DNA of 64,000 bases, taken from Squalus acanthias. Taxonomy: Eukaryota. The DNA lies in NCBI GenBank assembly GCA_030390025.1, contig CM059432.1, forward strand, positions 58,716,001 through 58,780,000, read 5' to 3'. Position 1 is the first letter of the stretch; the number at the start of each line of letters is the position of its first letter. The notes beneath the pieces were generated by a model. That model ran no database searches and was not told the origin of the DNA. It saw only the letters and a list, made by a program, of their open reading frames with translations. Shown in pieces: positions 62,479 through 64,000 of this stretch. Made by a program: the position numbers and the translations under genes.

Positions 62479-63054
62479 TTCTCTTTTATTTTGCTTGTGC
62501 TCCCTATACAATTTTTATGTCTTTCTATTTTATTAAAGCTCATTAAAAAGAAACAAATGTACATTTCTCTTTCAAACTTGTGTAGGGCTGCTTTCAGTAA
62601 GATGTCTTTCTGAAATGGTGTATTCTTTTGAAATGGTGTATTGTTTTTGAAGTTTTTTAGTACAGGCATGTTTTGGGCTGACTGAGAAGTAGCATCTGGT
62701 ACCTTCAAATAATTGGGTCGGATTTTTAAATAAACACTAAACCACCCAGTTTAAGAAAAAAATAAGGTGGAGTGCGTATATAGCATACAGGTTACTTGCT
62801 GACCTTGTAGCAGCAGTGACATGGGAGTGCTGAAATTTTGTTCCTTTTTTGTTTAAGTAGTCTGTCAGCTGAACTGCTTTTTACTTCACCTTTTTCCAAC
62901 ACACAAAGCAAAGTAGCTTCACTTCAAAAGCATGATTTTATTAAAAAGTATATCCTGAAGCTCAATATATTTAGAATCGCATAGATATAAGGAAAATATT
63001 TTGTTCAGTGGTCAGACTATTGCATCATCAGTTAGGCCCTGAATACTGATTCTT

Positions 63055-63982
63055 AGTGTCGTCAGCAAATTTGGATATACGGCTCCCTATTCCTTCATCT
63101 AAGTCATTTGTAAATGTACTGAAAAGCTGAGGCCCCAGTATAGACAGATTAAGTGAGTGGGCAATAAGGTGGCAGATGGAGTATAATGTGGGGAAATGAG
63201 TTATTCACTTTGGTAGGAAGAATAGAAAAACAGAATATTTTTTAAATGGTGAGAAACTATTTAATGTTGGTGTACAGAGAGATTTAGGTGTCCTCATACA
63301 GGAAACAGTTAGCATACAGGTACAGCAAGCAATTAGGAAGGCAAATGGCATGTTGGCCTTTATTGCAAGGGGGTTGGAGTAGAAGAATAAGGAAGTCTTG
63401 CTACAATTGTACAGGGCTTTGGAGAGATCACACCTGGAGTACTGTGTGCAGTTTTAGTCTCCTTGTCTGAGGAAAGATATATTTGCCTTGGAGGTGGTGC
63501 AATGAATGTTCACTAAATTGATTCCCGGATGAGAGGGTTGTCCTATGAGAAGAGATTGTGTAGAATGGGCCTATACTCTCTGGAGTTTAGAAGAATGAGA
63601 GGTGATCTCATTGAAACATATAAGATTCTGAGGGGAATTGACAGGTTAGATACTGAGGTTTCCCCTGGCTGGAGTGTCTAGAACTAGGGGGCATAGTCTC
63701 AAGATAAGGGGTCAGCCATTTAAAACTGAGATAAGGAGGAATTTCTTCATTCAGAGGGTTGTGACTATTTGGCATTCTCTACCACGAAGGGCTGTTAATG
63801 CTGAATCGTTGAGTGTGTTCAAAGCTAAGAAGGATAGACTTTAGACTCATGGGGAATCAAGGGATATGGAGATCGGGTGGAAAAGTGGAGTTAAGATTGA
63901 AGATCAGCCAAGATCTTCTTGAATGGTGGAGCAGGCTCGAGGGGCTGTTTGGCCTACTCCTGCTCCTAATTCTTACGTTCTT
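63055..63982 (+). mobile_element. CR1 LINE 3' part with an inverted 5' segment (63055-63140)
   Basis: + strand DRLSEWAIRWQMEYNV..HLEYCVQF..3' UTR; the preceding ~85 bp encode LGPQLF..KFADDT on the minus strand. Confidence 0.88.
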
Positions 63983-64000
63983 CAAACTTGTACAACATTT

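Overview
Vertebrate genomic DNA, most likely from a shark or other cartilaginous fish, judging by SINEs resembling SacSINE1/Deu-SINE and HE1/V-SINE and by dense CR1/L2 LINEs. The only host gene I can support is EFR3 (most like EFR3A) on the + strand. Three short coding exons (53673-53749, 58775-58902, 61167-61317) splice GT-AG in frame and encode the N-terminal Cys-rich/polybasic membrane anchor and the start of the helical domain. No canonical first exon is visible, so most of the window is probably a very long first intron. That intron holds decayed, nested transposons: CR1 and L2 LINEs, three tRNA-SINE families, a full-length Harbinger fossil, a Tigger/pogo fossil, several MITE families and Penelope-like elements. 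There is one 299-N assembly gap. Most notable: (i) two families of minimal hammerhead-ribozyme motifs carried by Penelope-type repeats, including a TSD-flanked ~240-bp palindromic element with a hammerhead on each strand; (ii) a young-looking Penelope insertion bounded by a 31-bp direct repeat; (iii) a candidate alternative first coding exon (45534-45624) in phase with EFR3 exon 2; (iv) a duplicated consensus donor after exon 2. Repeat boundaries without TIR/TSD support are approximate, and family names come from recalled motifs, not database searches.
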